Assembly (NCBI GenBank): GCA_031273395.1
Contig: JAISRX010000307.1
Location: forward strand, 1 to 37,445
Direction: 5' to 3'
Source: Bacteroidales bacterium
Lineage (GTDB): Bacteria > Bacteroidota > Bacteroidia > Bacteroidales > UBA4181
DNA: 37,445 nucleotides
Below the pieces are notes generated by a model. The model did not search any database and was not told where the DNA came from. It worked only from the letters and a program-made list of their open reading frames with translations. The translations under genes were made by a program, and so were the position numbers. Shown one piece after another: positions 1-8,841 of this stretch (the first letter of the stretch is position 1; each line of letters begins with the position of its first letter).

Positions 1-150
1 GGGTAACGCCTGCGGCGTTTTACGCCTATGCCGGGCTGTGCGCAACCCCGACAGGGGTTGCCTTTTGATAACCCCGTACAAGCGAAGCGCAGTGCGGGGT
101 ACGAAAACTCAAAACTCAACCGAATGCAGTATATATGCCGGTTTTGATGG

Positions 151-211
151 CAGGGTCAACGCATTAACATCCTGTTCCATCATGAAACGGGGTTTTAATG
201 CGTTGACCCTG
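151..211. repeat. Perfect 17-bp inverted repeat (CAGGGTCAACGCATTAA ... TTAATGCGTTGACCCTG) with a 27-nt spacer, inside a 485-bp non-coding region
   Basis: Arms 151-167 and 195-211 are exact reverse complements when read from the sequence. No credible CDS overlaps them. Confidence 0.7.
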
Positions 212-463
212 ATTTCTTCACCCATGCCGGCGACGAGTATCATCCGGCTTCATTCGGCTTGGAATGTTAAAAAAAATTAAAAACACGATAAACCTGTCGT
301 TGCCCTATCAGTTTGGCACGATTTTCGCCGGAGCGTTAACAGTTTTTTTTCATAATTTTGTAGTAGTTAGTAGTTAGTAACTAGAAAGGGCCGTTCGGGA
401 GAACCGCTCTTTTCGCATTTAATGAAGTTAGGCGTTATTTTATCGTATAAACAAAAAAAACAG

Positions 464-471
464 TAATTTTG
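464..471 (+). promoter_or_regulatory. Bacteroidota -7 promoter box TAATTTTG upstream of rnhA
   Basis: Matches the TAnnTTTG consensus and lies 14 nt before the ATG at 486. Confidence 0.45.
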
Positions 472-485
472 TTCAAAAATATAAA

Positions 486-932
486 ATGCAAATCACGATA
501 TATACGGATGGTTCTTCGCTGGGTAATCCCGGTCGGGGCGGATACGGCGCGGTGCTCATTGCCGGCGCTCATCGCAGGGAACTCTCGCAGGGATACCGGC
601 ACACTACCAATAACCGCATGGAACTGACGGCTGTAATTGTCGCGCTCGAAGCGCTGAAAATTCCCGAAAGTCATGTGGTGGTACATACCGACTCGCAATA
701 CGTGGTCAATTCGGTAGAAAAGGGATGGGTATTTGCCTGGGAAAAAAAACGTTTTGCGGGGAAAAAAAATGCCGACCTGTGGATACGCTTTCTGAAAATA
801 TACCGCAAGCATCATGTCCGGTTTGTTTGGGTGAGGGGACATGCCGGAAATGCGGAAAACGAACGTTGCGACTATCTTGCGGTAACCGCCGCACAAGGTA
901 ACGACCTGTCGGAAGATACGGGGATGGTTTGA
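486..932 (+). CDS. rnhA: Ribonuclease HI
   Basis: 148 aa. The N-terminus IYTDGSSLGNPGRGGYG, the TNNRMEL motif and the C-terminal GHAGNAENERCD are typical of RNase H1. Confidence 0.92.
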   Translation: MQITIYTDGSSLGNPGRGGYGAVLIAGAHRRELSQGYRHTTNNRMELTAVIVALEALKIPESHVVVHTDSQYVVNSVEKGWVFAWEKKRFAGKKNADLWIRFLKIYRKHHVRFVWVRGHAGNAENERCDYLAVTAAQGNDLSEDTGMV

Positions 933-943
933 AAGCATCCCGT

Positions 944-2917
944 CTAAAAAATCCTTTTCCCCAACGCTTTGGCAAGTTTCATCTTTATTTCGGTCAATGC
1001 GTTGTATTGGGCATGAAGCGCTTCAAACCGTTCCGCATCATTGCCGGTCATCGACTCCTGCATGGCGACGGAAAGTTCGTCCAGCAGGAGAATGACTCTT
1101 TTGTGTTTATATACCAGCAGACTGCGCGGTATCACGTCCCGCAGGTTTTCTTCTTCCGTTTTGACATGTGCGCCTTTCCGTTCGTGAATCGGACTCAGTT
1201 CGTATTTTATCTCGATAAGTCCTGCCGCCAACCGGCTGATCTCCGGATCGGGATGATTGACAAACAAGGTATCTTCAACAACGACCGCCGATTGCCGGTA
1301 CCGTTCGTATTCTTCAAAAATCCTGCGCAGTTCCGGATGCTGCAATTCCAGATCGTCCGAACGGAGTTCGTCGATCAGGTAGCCTGCCACGGTTATCTCT
1401 TCTTCACCGGTTTCTTCGTCAAGGGCAAACAGTGTCCTGTTGCCGTAACTGATCAGCAGCCGGATCAGGTCCTTCTCCGCCGGTTCTATTTCACGGAGGG
1501 TTGCCTGCCGCGTATCGACGGTTTCCTCCGGCGTAGCTGCAACGGGTTCTCCGGAAGGCGTATCCCGAAGGTTTGCAGCGGGGCGGTCGGCGTCCCGTGT
1601 CCATCGATGCTCCTCCCGCTTCGTCCGCATTGCGTCGGCGGTTTCCGCAAGCATCCGTTCGTCCATGTCGAACATGCCGGCAGCTTCCTTCAGGTACACC
1701 GACCGCTGTATGGCGTTGGGGATGAGCGAAACGGAGTGCACCACATCGGTGATGAGTTCCGCGCGTTTGACGGGGTCTCCCTGAGCATCGTCCAACAATA
1801 ATTTTGTTTTGAAACGGATGAAATCTATTTCGTTGCCGTTAAGATATGCTTCCAGTTCCGTGGCGCTGTGTTTGCGGGAGAACGAATCGGGATCGTCCCC
1901 TTCGGGCAGCAGCAGGGCTTTCACGTTCATGCCTTCCTGCAGGATCATGTCTATCCCGCGCAGCGAGGCTTTGATGCCCGCCGGATCGCCGTCGTACAGC
2001 ACGGTGATGTTTTCCGTGAAACGCTTGACGAGCTGTATCTGATCCACTGTCAGCGAAGTCCCGGAGGACGCCACCACATTCTCAATACCCGCCTGATGCA
2101 TGGAAATCACATCGGTATAACCTTCCACCAGAAAACATTTCCGGTTGCGGACGATGCTGCTTTTTGCCTGAAAAATCCCGTACAGCACCTTGCTCTTGTG
2201 ATAAATCTCCGATTCGGGCGAATTGAGATATTTGGCGGTCTTTTTATCTGTTTTCAGCACACGCCCGCCAAAAGCGATGGTTTTTCCTGCCAGACTGTGG
2301 ATGGGAAACATCACCCGCCCTGCAAACCGGTCGAAAACACCGTGTTCCCCCTTGATGCACAGTCCCGTTTCCACTAAAAACTCTTCCCTGTAACCGTCTT
2401 TCAACGCTTTTTGGGTGAAGGCGTCGCGCGCTTCGAGACTGTATCCCAGTTCAAATTTCCTGACGGTATCCTCCCGAAATCCCCGTTCCTTAAAGTAGCT
2501 CATCCCGACGGCAATGCCCTCCCTGCTGTCGAACAGGTTTTCGTGGAACACGCGGGCGGCATACGACGAAACGATCATCAGGCTTGTGCGCCGGTCGTTC
2601 AACAGGCGTTCTTCCGAAGTCTGTTCCTTTTCGACAATTTCGATATGGTATTTTTTTGCCAGGTAACGCAAGGCTTCAGGATAGCTCAAATGCTCGTGTT
2701 CCATGATGAAATTCACCGCATTACCCGCTTTGCCGCATCCGAAACATTTATAGATATTTTTGGCGGGCGAGACGATAAAAGACGGCGTCCGCTCGTTATG
2801 GAACGGGCAGCATCCGATGAAATTGACGCCGCGACGCTTGAGCGAAACAAATTCCTCCACCACCTCGACGATGCGTGCCGTTTCAAAAATCCGGCTTATG
2901 GCTTCCCTGTCAATCAT
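944..2917 (-). CDS. dnaG: DNA primase
   Basis: 657 aa. Zinc finger CCPFHNERTPSF...CFGCG, TOPRIM motifs EGYTDV and YDGDPAG. It lies directly downstream of prfA on the same strand. Confidence 0.95.
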   Translation of the reverse strand: MIDREAISRIFETARIVEVVEEFVSLKRRGVNFIGCCPFHNERTPSFIVSPAKNIYKCFGCGKAGNAVNFIMEHEHLSYPEALRYLAKKYHIEIVEKEQTSEERLLNDRRTSLMIVSSYAARVFHENLFDSREGIAVGMSYFKERGFREDTVRKFELGYSLEARDAFTQKALKDGYREEFLVETGLCIKGEHGVFDRFAGRVMFPIHSLAGKTIAFGGRVLKTDKKTAKYLNSPESEIYHKSKVLYGIFQAKSSIVRNRKCFLVEGYTDVISMHQAGIENVVASSGTSLTVDQIQLVKRFTENITVLYDGDPAGIKASLRGIDMILQEGMNVKALLLPEGDDPDSFSRKHSATELEAYLNGNEIDFIRFKTKLLLDDAQGDPVKRAELITDVVHSVSLIPNAIQRSVYLKEAAGMFDMDERMLAETADAMRTKREEHRWTRDADRPAANLRDTPSGEPVAATPEETVDTRQATLREIEPAEKDLIRLLISYGNRTLFALDEETGEEEITVAGYLIDELRSDDLELQHPELRRIFEEYERYRQSAVVVEDTLFVNHPDPEISRLAAGLIEIKYELSPIHERKGAHVKTEEENLRDVIPRSLLVYKHKRVILLLDELSVAMQESMTGNDAERFEALHAQYNALTEIKMKLAKALGKRIF

Positions 2918-2946
2918 TGAATACGGGATATGGCATGTTTAATTGA

Positions 2947-4032
2947 TCAATCATCAATCGTTTTCATTCTTTCGGCGTTTTCTTCCATTTGCAGTTTGTC
3001 GATCAGTTCCTGAATATCGCCGTCCATGACGGAAGGAAGATGATACAGGGTCAGATTGATGCGATGGTCGGTAACGCGACTTTGCGGATAATTGTATGTC
3101 CGTATTTTAGCCGAACGGTCGCCGGTGGAGACCATTGTTCGCCGTTTGGAAGCCACCTCGTCCATATATTTCCGGTATTCGAGGTTATAGATGCGGGTGC
3201 GCAATTCCGTCAGCGCCTTGTCGAAATTTTTGATTTGCGATTTCTCATCCTGACACTGCACCACAATGCCTGTGGGGATATGCGTCAGCCGGATGGCGGA
3301 GTAGGTGGTGTTGACCGACTGCCCGCCGGGTCCCGATGAACAGAATGTATCCTTGCGAACGTCGTTCATGTTCAGTTCTATGTCAAATTCGTCCGCTTCC
3401 GGCAACACGGCTACCGTAGCCGCCGAGGTATGCACCCGTCCCTGCGTTTCCGTTTTGGGAACCCGTTGCACGCGATGCACGCCCGACTCGTATTTAAGCG
3501 TTCCATAAACCTTCTCGCCCGTGACGCTCATCACTATTTCCTTAAACCCTCCCGATGTTCCCGGCGACATGCCGGTTACTTCCGTTTTCCAACCCTTGCT
3601 CTCGCAAAAACGGCTGTACATCCGGTAAAGATCGCCGGCAAAGATACTGGCTTCGTCGCCGCCCGTCCCGGCGCGTATTTCCACTACTGCGTTCCTGTCG
3701 TCTTCCGGATCGGACGGAAGCAGCAGCAATTTGACACGTTCCTCCAGCGGTACGATACGCATGCCGAGCATATCCGCTTCTTCTTTTGCCATCTCCCTGA
3801 GTTCTTCGTCTTTTTCGCTTTGGAGTATCCTTTTTGCTTCGTCCAGATTGCTCAGCACATTGCGGTATTCGTCATGCACCGCCATGAGCGGTTCCAGATC
3901 GCGGTATTCCTTGTTCAGCCTTACATAACGCTTCATGTCCCCGATCACTTCAGGGTCTGTAATCTGCTGACCGAGTTCTTCAAAACGAACTTTCAGCGCT
4001 TCTAACTTTTCCAGAATGACGCTATTAGCCAT
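2947..4032 (-). CDS. prfA: Peptide chain release factor 1
   Basis: GGQ motif (SSGPGGQSVNTT) and an RF1-type tripeptide region (RVPKTETQGRVHTS). The start is placed at the ATG at 4032 (MANSVILEKLE), not the ORF-track start at 4140, whose 36-aa extension is hydrophobic junk overlapping the promoter. Confidence 0.93.
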   Translation of the reverse strand: MANSVILEKLEALKVRFEELGQQITDPEVIGDMKRYVRLNKEYRDLEPLMAVHDEYRNVLSNLDEAKRILQSEKDEELREMAKEEADMLGMRIVPLEERVKLLLLPSDPEDDRNAVVEIRAGTGGDEASIFAGDLYRMYSRFCESKGWKTEVTGMSPGTSGGFKEIVMSVTGEKVYGTLKYESGVHRVQRVPKTETQGRVHTSAATVAVLPEADEFDIELNMNDVRKDTFCSSGPGGQSVNTTYSAIRLTHIPTGIVVQCQDEKSQIKNFDKALTELRTRIYNLEYRKYMDEVASKRRTMVSTGDRSAKIRTYNYPQSRVTDHRINLTLYHLPSVMDGDIQELIDKLQMEENAERMKTIDD

Positions 4033-4069
4033 ATTTTTTGTTTGAATGGGTATATATGTAAATTCCATG

Positions 4070-4077
4070 CAAAAATA
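4070..4077 (-). promoter_or_regulatory. -7 box TATTTTTG upstream of prfA
   Basis: Plus strand CAAAAATA is the reverse complement of TAnnTTTG; it lies 38 nt upstream of the ATG at 4032. Confidence 0.45.
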
Positions 4078-4245
4078 ATAAAAGATGATGACTTCGGCAG
4101 CCCATATCCGAAAACGGGCGCAAATCTTTTTTTGATGCATGGTATTTCCATGCCCGGTCTCCTCCCGTCCTTCCCTCTCTGCTTCATTTTATTGACCCTG
4201 CGCAATCGAATGTGTCATTTGTTTATTTCGTTTTTTGGGGAACAG

Positions 4246-4344
4246 CAAGGGGGTTTAAACCCCTTGTTACGGGAGACGGGGATTTTTCCTCACCCCCGGT
4301 CCCTCTCCAAAATGGAGAGGGGGGAGCACCTGCCATACAGGCAG
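4246..4344. repeat. Cluster of three GC-rich stem-loops in the prfA / DUF2461 intergenic region
   Basis: CAAGGGG-GTTTAAA-CCCCTTG (4246-4266), CCCTCTCC-AAAAT-GGAGAGGG (4301-4321) and CTGCC-ATACA-GGCAG (4330-4344), all read directly from the sequence. Confidence 0.6.
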
Positions 4345-4501
4345 TACCTCACAATGAACGCTGATGGGAGAGGTTACCATCATAGAGGAAGCGTCTATGT
4401 CAAAGATAAATGATATATTTATTTATCTACAATTCCATAGTGAAGGCTGAGAACGGGTATGCAAGAACCTACACGGTCACGGCAACCGTCCGGTAACCGG
4501 A

Positions 4502-5197
4502 TCATTGCCTGCTCTCTTCCTGATGAAACAGGATGGCTCGGTTCATGAACCGGTTGAAGGGCAGCATTTTTTTGAATACCTTCACGCTTTCCTCCAGCAG
4601 GCGGTCGCCGGTGAGCAGCGCTTCGTCCATTTTCCTGTAGAATGAGTAATCTTTCGGCTGTATCAGTTTCATGTCGGGAAAATCTTTGGGAAATCCTTTG
4701 GGAACGGTGCGCACCGCTGCTCCGTCGAACCACTTGAAGGCGGCTTCAAAATCCTTGTGCCGGATAATCGCCTTGTATTCGTCGGTAAATTCGTAGATGT
4801 CCGTGCGGATGGCTTTCAGGGTAGCCGCATCGGGATTATATACTCCGCCTGCCCACATGGAATGATCCAAATATCCGGCATTTGCAGGCTCGATGTGAAA
4901 ATAGTAGCCGCACAACACGCTTTTCCGTCCGCCCGAGGCGATATATGCGCCAAGATGGTTTTTATACGGCGTTTTATCGTGTGAGAAGCGCACGTCGCGA
5001 TAAATGCGGAAAATACATTCTTTTGCCGTTACCCCTCCGATAGACGGGTCAAAGAGGCGAATTTCACCGATCAACAGGTCGATGAACCGTTCGTATTCCT
5101 GTTTGGCTTTCAGGTAATCGTCCCGATGAGCGTCAAACCATTCCTTGTGATTATTGACGATCAATTCGCGAAGAAAAGCGATACTTGTTCGAAGCAT
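4502..5197 (-). CDS. DUF2461 (TIGR02453) family protein
   Basis: 231 aa. The N-terminus FLRELIVNNHKEWFDAHRDDY and the motif RIYRDVRFSHDKTPYK are characteristic of this family. Confidence 0.8.
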   Translation of the reverse strand: MLRTSIAFLRELIVNNHKEWFDAHRDDYLKAKQEYERFIDLLIGEIRLFDPSIGGVTAKECIFRIYRDVRFSHDKTPYKNHLGAYIASGGRKSVLCGYYFHIEPANAGYLDHSMWAGGVYNPDAATLKAIRTDIYEFTDEYKAIIRHKDFEAAFKWFDGAAVRTVPKGFPKDFPDMKLIQPKDYSFYRKMDEALLTGDRLLEESVKVFKKMLPFNRFMNRAILFHQEESRQ

Positions 5198-5229
5198 AAT
5201 TCAAAAAAATAAATATGGAAGAAATGCTG

Positions 5230-5237
5230 CAAAACTA
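5230..5237 (-). promoter_or_regulatory. -7 box TAGTTTTG upstream of the DUF2461 gene
   Basis: Plus strand CAAAACTA, 33 nt upstream of the ATG at 5197. Confidence 0.4.
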
Positions 5238-5298
5238 AGTAAATATTTCCGAAACAACAAATTGCCCCGCTGAGTCAAATCAATCGCTTCCCGATTTC

Positions 5299-6675
5299 TC
5301 ACGCTCTATCCTCACTTATCAGTTGTCTGATTCGTTCGATTTGTTCCTGCTTTTTTACTTCTCTCAATTCGCGTCCTGTTTTGGTGAAATATTGATGGGC
5401 GCTGATAAATTTCAACTGCATTTTGTTCCATTCGTTGATCGAGGGCATTTTATTCTGGGCTTTCAGTTCTTCATACAAAGCGTTCGATACGGGAATGAAA
5501 TCGGTGCGACCCAAATAGTCGAGGTCGGCGTCGCAAATGATGGCTTCAAGTATGTCGGCGGGCTTCGGAGGCAGTTTTGTAGCCATGATGATGCGGCAAA
5601 TTTCGTTGATTTCGTCCGGTGTATAGTCGTATGCGGGCAGCGTTTTCCGGGCAATTTCCGTACTTCGTTCCTCGTGGTCGGCATACGAAACAAGGTGTCC
5701 TGTATCATGGAAAAGCGCCGCCGTTTTCAGCAGCAGCAATTGCTGATCGTTCAGCCCTTCCGCCCATCCGATCAGTTCGCTTTCGGTCACCACATCCACG
5801 GTGTGCTTTACATTGTGGTAGTACAAATATGCGGGCAGACCGTTTTCCAGCATGTCCAGTACGTATTCCTGCAAATCGCCGAAGCGAAACAGGAGCAGTC
5901 GCGTACGGAACGCATCGTTGGGAAGATACCGTTTGCTGTCCGAGGCAAATCCCGCATGGATGCCCCTGACGGTATATAACTCCAGTTTGTTCCTGTATTT
6001 CACCGGCAACAGGTTAACATAGGTACATTCAAACAGTTCCTTGATCATTTCGTAGGTCGTAGCCGAAATATTGACCGTGTTTTTTTGTCCCACCGCCACC
6101 ATCCGGCTCACCGTATTCACCGTGTCGCCCTTAACCCTGTAAGCAGTCTGTTTTTTGCGTTCGATGCGTGCGGTCACCGCTCCGGTATGGATGCCGATAT
6201 TCACACTCCATGCCTGCTGTGCGTCGTTTTCCAGCATATACAGCATTTCCAGCGCCGCCAGGGTGACGGTAATCGGGTTGGCGTTGTTTTTTTCGGAAAC
6301 ACCGCCCACACAGATAAAACTGTCGCCGATACTCTGTACTTTTACCAGATGATATTTTTCGGATATCTGGGTAAAAAGGAACAGATACATGTCCAGTTTA
6401 TCCATCTGTTCGGCAATGTTGGCGGAGGTTTCAGCCATGATGTCCGAAAAACCTTTAAATTCGGCAAAAAGCACCGTTGCCGTCCTGTAGCGGGTTTGTC
6501 CGGAACTGTCCGCGTCGGCTTCCTTTGACGCGTGTTTTTGCCTGTACTGTTCCAGTTCATCCGACAATTGGTCGTATGACTCGGAAAGCAGTCTGTATTT
6601 CTCTTTCAGCTCCTTGTTTTCAGCTATCAGGAGCGCTGTGTGTTTGAGCAATTTTCGGTTTGAGGTTAAGTCCAT
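5299..6675 (-). CDS. Class III adenylate/guanylate cyclase domain fused to a C-terminal HD phosphohydrolase domain, with an N-terminal coiled coil
   Basis: Cyclase motifs VLFAEFKGFS, IGDSFICVGG, IGIHTGAV and KGDTVNTVSRM. HD motifs HNVKHT, ALFHDTGH and DADLDYLGR. The start is set at the ATG at 6675 (MDLTSN) because the ORF-track start at 6732 is a TTG that overlaps the -7 box. Confidence 0.85.
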   Translation of the reverse strand: MDLTSNRKLLKHTALLIAENKELKEKYRLLSESYDQLSDELEQYRQKHASKEADADSSGQTRYRTATVLFAEFKGFSDIMAETSANIAEQMDKLDMYLFLFTQISEKYHLVKVQSIGDSFICVGGVSEKNNANPITVTLAALEMLYMLENDAQQAWSVNIGIHTGAVTARIERKKQTAYRVKGDTVNTVSRMVAVGQKNTVNISATTYEMIKELFECTYVNLLPVKYRNKLELYTVRGIHAGFASDSKRYLPNDAFRTRLLLFRFGDLQEYVLDMLENGLPAYLYYHNVKHTVDVVTESELIGWAEGLNDQQLLLLKTAALFHDTGHLVSYADHEERSTEIARKTLPAYDYTPDEINEICRIIMATKLPPKPADILEAIICDADLDYLGRTDFIPVSNALYEELKAQNKMPSINEWNKMQLKFISAHQYFTKTGRELREVKKQEQIERIRQLISEDRA

Positions 6676-6695
6676 TTTTACAGATATATCTTTGA

Positions 6696-6703
6696 CAAAG
6701 ATA
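6696..6703 (-). promoter_or_regulatory. -7 box TATCTTTG upstream of the cyclase-HD gene
   Basis: Plus strand CAAAGATA, 21 nt upstream of the ATG at 6675. It is divergent from the lepA promoter. Confidence 0.5.
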
Positions 6704-6765
6704 GAAATTTTTTTATTATCCTGTCCGGTCAAACAGAATTATTTTGAAAACGGGAAAGGGACGAC

Positions 6766-6773
6766 TATCTTTG
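6766..6773 (+). promoter_or_regulatory. -7 box TATCTTTG upstream of lepA
   Basis: Exact TAnnTTTG match, 26 nt upstream of the ATG at 6800. Confidence 0.5.
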
Positions 6774-6799
6774 CACACATTTTTTAAGATCGTCTAATC

Positions 6800-8590
6800 A
6801 TGGATCATATCAGGAATTTTTGCATCATCGCCCACATTGATCACGGGAAAAGCACACTGGCGGACAGACTGTTGCAGGCAACCAATACGGTTACCGAGCG
6901 CGACTTTCAGGATCAGGTGCTGGATGATATGGATTTGGAACGGGAGCGCGGCATTACCATCAAGAGCCACGCCATACAGATGAATTATACGCATGGCGGG
7001 CGGCAATATACGCTCAATCTGATAGATACTCCGGGTCATGTTGATTTTTCGTATGAAGTATCCCGTTCCATTGCCGCCTGCGAGGGCGCGCTGCTGATTG
7101 TGGACGCCACACAGGGCATTCAGGCGCAAACCATTTCCAATCTGTACAAAGCGATAGAGTACAATCTGGAAATCATTCCCGTGCTGAACAAGATGGATAT
7201 GCCCGCGGCGATGCCCGACACGGTAAAGGATCAGATAGTGGATTTGCTGGGCTGCAAGCGCGAAGAGATCATTGAAGCGAGCGGAAAGACCGGCATGGGC
7301 GTCGATGTGATACTCGAACGCATCATCGCGGTTGTCCCGCCTCCCAAGGGCGATCCCCGGGCGCCGCTGCAGGCGCTCATCTTCGATTCGGTGTTCAACT
7401 CGTTTCGCGGGATCATTGCCTATTTCAAAATCGTTAACGGATGTATCTCTGCCGGCGACCATGTCAAGTTTTTCAATACCGGCAAGGAATACGACGCCGA
7501 CGAAATAGGGGTAATGCAGATGAAGCTGGAACCCCGCGGCGAGTTGCACACCGGCGACGTCGGCTATATCATTTCGGGCATCAAGACAGCACGCGAAGTG
7601 AAGGTGGGCGACACCGTCACTCATGTGGAAAACCCGTGCACAAGCGCTATTGCGGGATTTGAGGAGGTAAAGCCGATGGTGTTTGCCGGCATTTACCCTG
7701 TGGACGCCGGCGATTATGAGGAATTGCGGACATCCATCGAAAAACTGCAACTGAACGACGCTTCCCTGACTTTTATTCCCGAATCGTCGGCGGCGCTGGG
7801 CTTCGGTTTTCGCTGCGGCTTTCTCGGTCTGCTGCACATGGAGATCATTCAGGAACGGCTCGATCGCGAGTTCGACATGGACGTGATCACTACCGTTCCC
7901 AACGTATCATACAGGGTATATACCAATAAGGGCGAAACGTTTGAAGTGCACAACCCGTCCGGATTGCCGCCCGTGACCCATGTCGACCGCATCGACGAGC
8001 CGTACATCAAGGCGCAGGTGATCACCCAGCCCGAATATCTGGGCGCTATCATGAAACTGTGTCTGGACAAGCGCGGTACGCTCAAAAATCAGGTGTTTCT
8101 CACTACCGACAGGGTAGAATTGAATTTCGAGATGCCGCTTGCCGAGATCGTTTTTGACTTCTACGACCGTTTGAAAAGCATTTCCAAGGGGTATGCCTCA
8201 TTCGATTATTACCCTTCCGGCTACCGCCAAGCCGATTTGGTGAAGCTGGACATTCTGCTGAACGGCGAAAGTGTGGATGCTCTTTCGGCATTGATCCACC
8301 GGGGCAATGCATACGACTTCGGCAGGCGCATTTGCGAAAAACTGAAAGAACTGATCCCCCGTCAGCAGTTCGACATCGCTATTCAGGCGGCTATCGGGGC
8401 AAAAATCATTGCACGGGAAACCGTAAAGGCGGTACGCAAGGACGTCACCGCCAAATGTTACGGCGGCGACATTACCCGTAAGCGCAAACTGCTCGAAAAA
8501 CAAAAGAAGGGGAAAAAACGGATGCGGCAGATCGGCAACGTTGAAGTACCGCAATCGGCATTTCTGGCAGTACTGAAACTGAACGACTGA
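6800..8590 (+). CDS. lepA: Elongation factor 4 (translational GTPase LepA)
   Basis: 596 aa. [34 protein letters not shown], and the conserved C-terminal [16 protein letters not shown]. Confidence 0.97.
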   Translation: MDHIRNFCIIAHIDHGKSTLADRLLQATNTVTERDFQDQVLDDMDLERERGITIKSHAIQMNYTHGGRQYTLNLIDTPGHVDFSYEVSRSIAACEGALLIVDATQGIQAQTISNLYKAIEYNLEIIPVLNKMDMPAAMPDTVKDQIVDLLGCKREEIIEASGKTGMGVDVILERIIAVVPPPKGDPRAPLQALIFDSVFNSFRGIIAYFKIVNGCISAGDHVKFFNTGKEYDADEIGVMQMKLEPRGELHTGDVGYIISGIKTAREVKVGDTVTHVENPCTSAIAGFEEVKPMVFAGIYPVDAGDYEELRTSIEKLQLNDASLTFIPESSAALGFGFRCGFLGLLHMEIIQERLDREFDMDVITTVPNVSYRVYTNKGETFEVHNPSGLPPVTHVDRIDEPYIKAQVITQPEYLGAIMKLCLDKRGTLKNQVFLTTDRVELNFEMPLAEIVFDFYDRLKSISKGYASFDYYPSGYRQADLVKLDILLNGESVDALSALIHRGNAYDFGRRICEKLKELIPRQQFDIAIQAAIGAKIIARETVKAVRKDVTAKCYGGDITRKRKLLEKQKKGKKRMRQIGNVEVPQSAFLAVLKLND

Positions 8591-8687
8591 GGACGGCGTC
8601 GCCCTTCCGCAGGTGGCGCTTCGCTCCGACTGCGGTTAATAAAGCGCCGTCCCTGCGGGACTGCCCTGCCACCCTCCCCATGCCGCC

Positions 8688-8755
8688 GTAGAGACGCGGC
8701 GCGCCACGTCTGTACATCACCGCAACCGTAGGGGCAGGGCGCGCCCTGCCCCTAC
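8688..8755 (-). repeat. GC-rich double-hairpin (REP-like) element, copy A
   Basis: Contains the perfect 28-bp palindrome GTAGGGGCAGGGCGCGCCCTGCCCCTAC and the near-palindrome GTAGAGACGCGGCGCGCCACGTCTGTAC. Its reverse complement aligns with 12046-12112. Confidence 0.75.
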
Positions 8756-8771
8756 CCCCTTTTTTCCCCGC

Positions 8772-8818
8772 AAAAAAAAACCGGGCAACATTCCATAGAA
8801 TGCGCCCGATTTTTCGGC
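8772..8818 (-). terminator. Rho-independent terminator of the accessory operon
   Basis: On the minus strand: CGGGCGCATTC-TATG-GAATGTTGCCCG followed by T9, 24 nt after the stop at 8842. Confidence 0.6.
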
Positions 8819-8841
8819 TATAGATAATATATTTTCACGGT

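Noticed and set aside
361-384. TAGTAGT x3 short tandem motif
   Set aside because: It is very short and AT-rich, and provides stop codons in several frames. It is most likely incidental intergenic sequence.
4033-4140. N-terminal extensions suggested by the ORF track for prfA, and similarly for metG (16776), the SIS protein (21441), the basic lipoprotein (23936), the GH (35765), pyrI (12841) and the cyclase (6732)
   Set aside because: The extensions are hydrophobic or low-complexity, overlap -7 promoter boxes, or start at TTG. Internal ATGs give N-termini that match family expectations or proper signal peptides.
8472-8720. 82-aa ORF and its counterpart at 11921-12157 sharing the peptide MYRRG(A/M)PRLY
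   Set aside because: The shared peptide is just the translation of the REP-like GC-rich hairpin element present in both places. The ORFs otherwise have no coding character.
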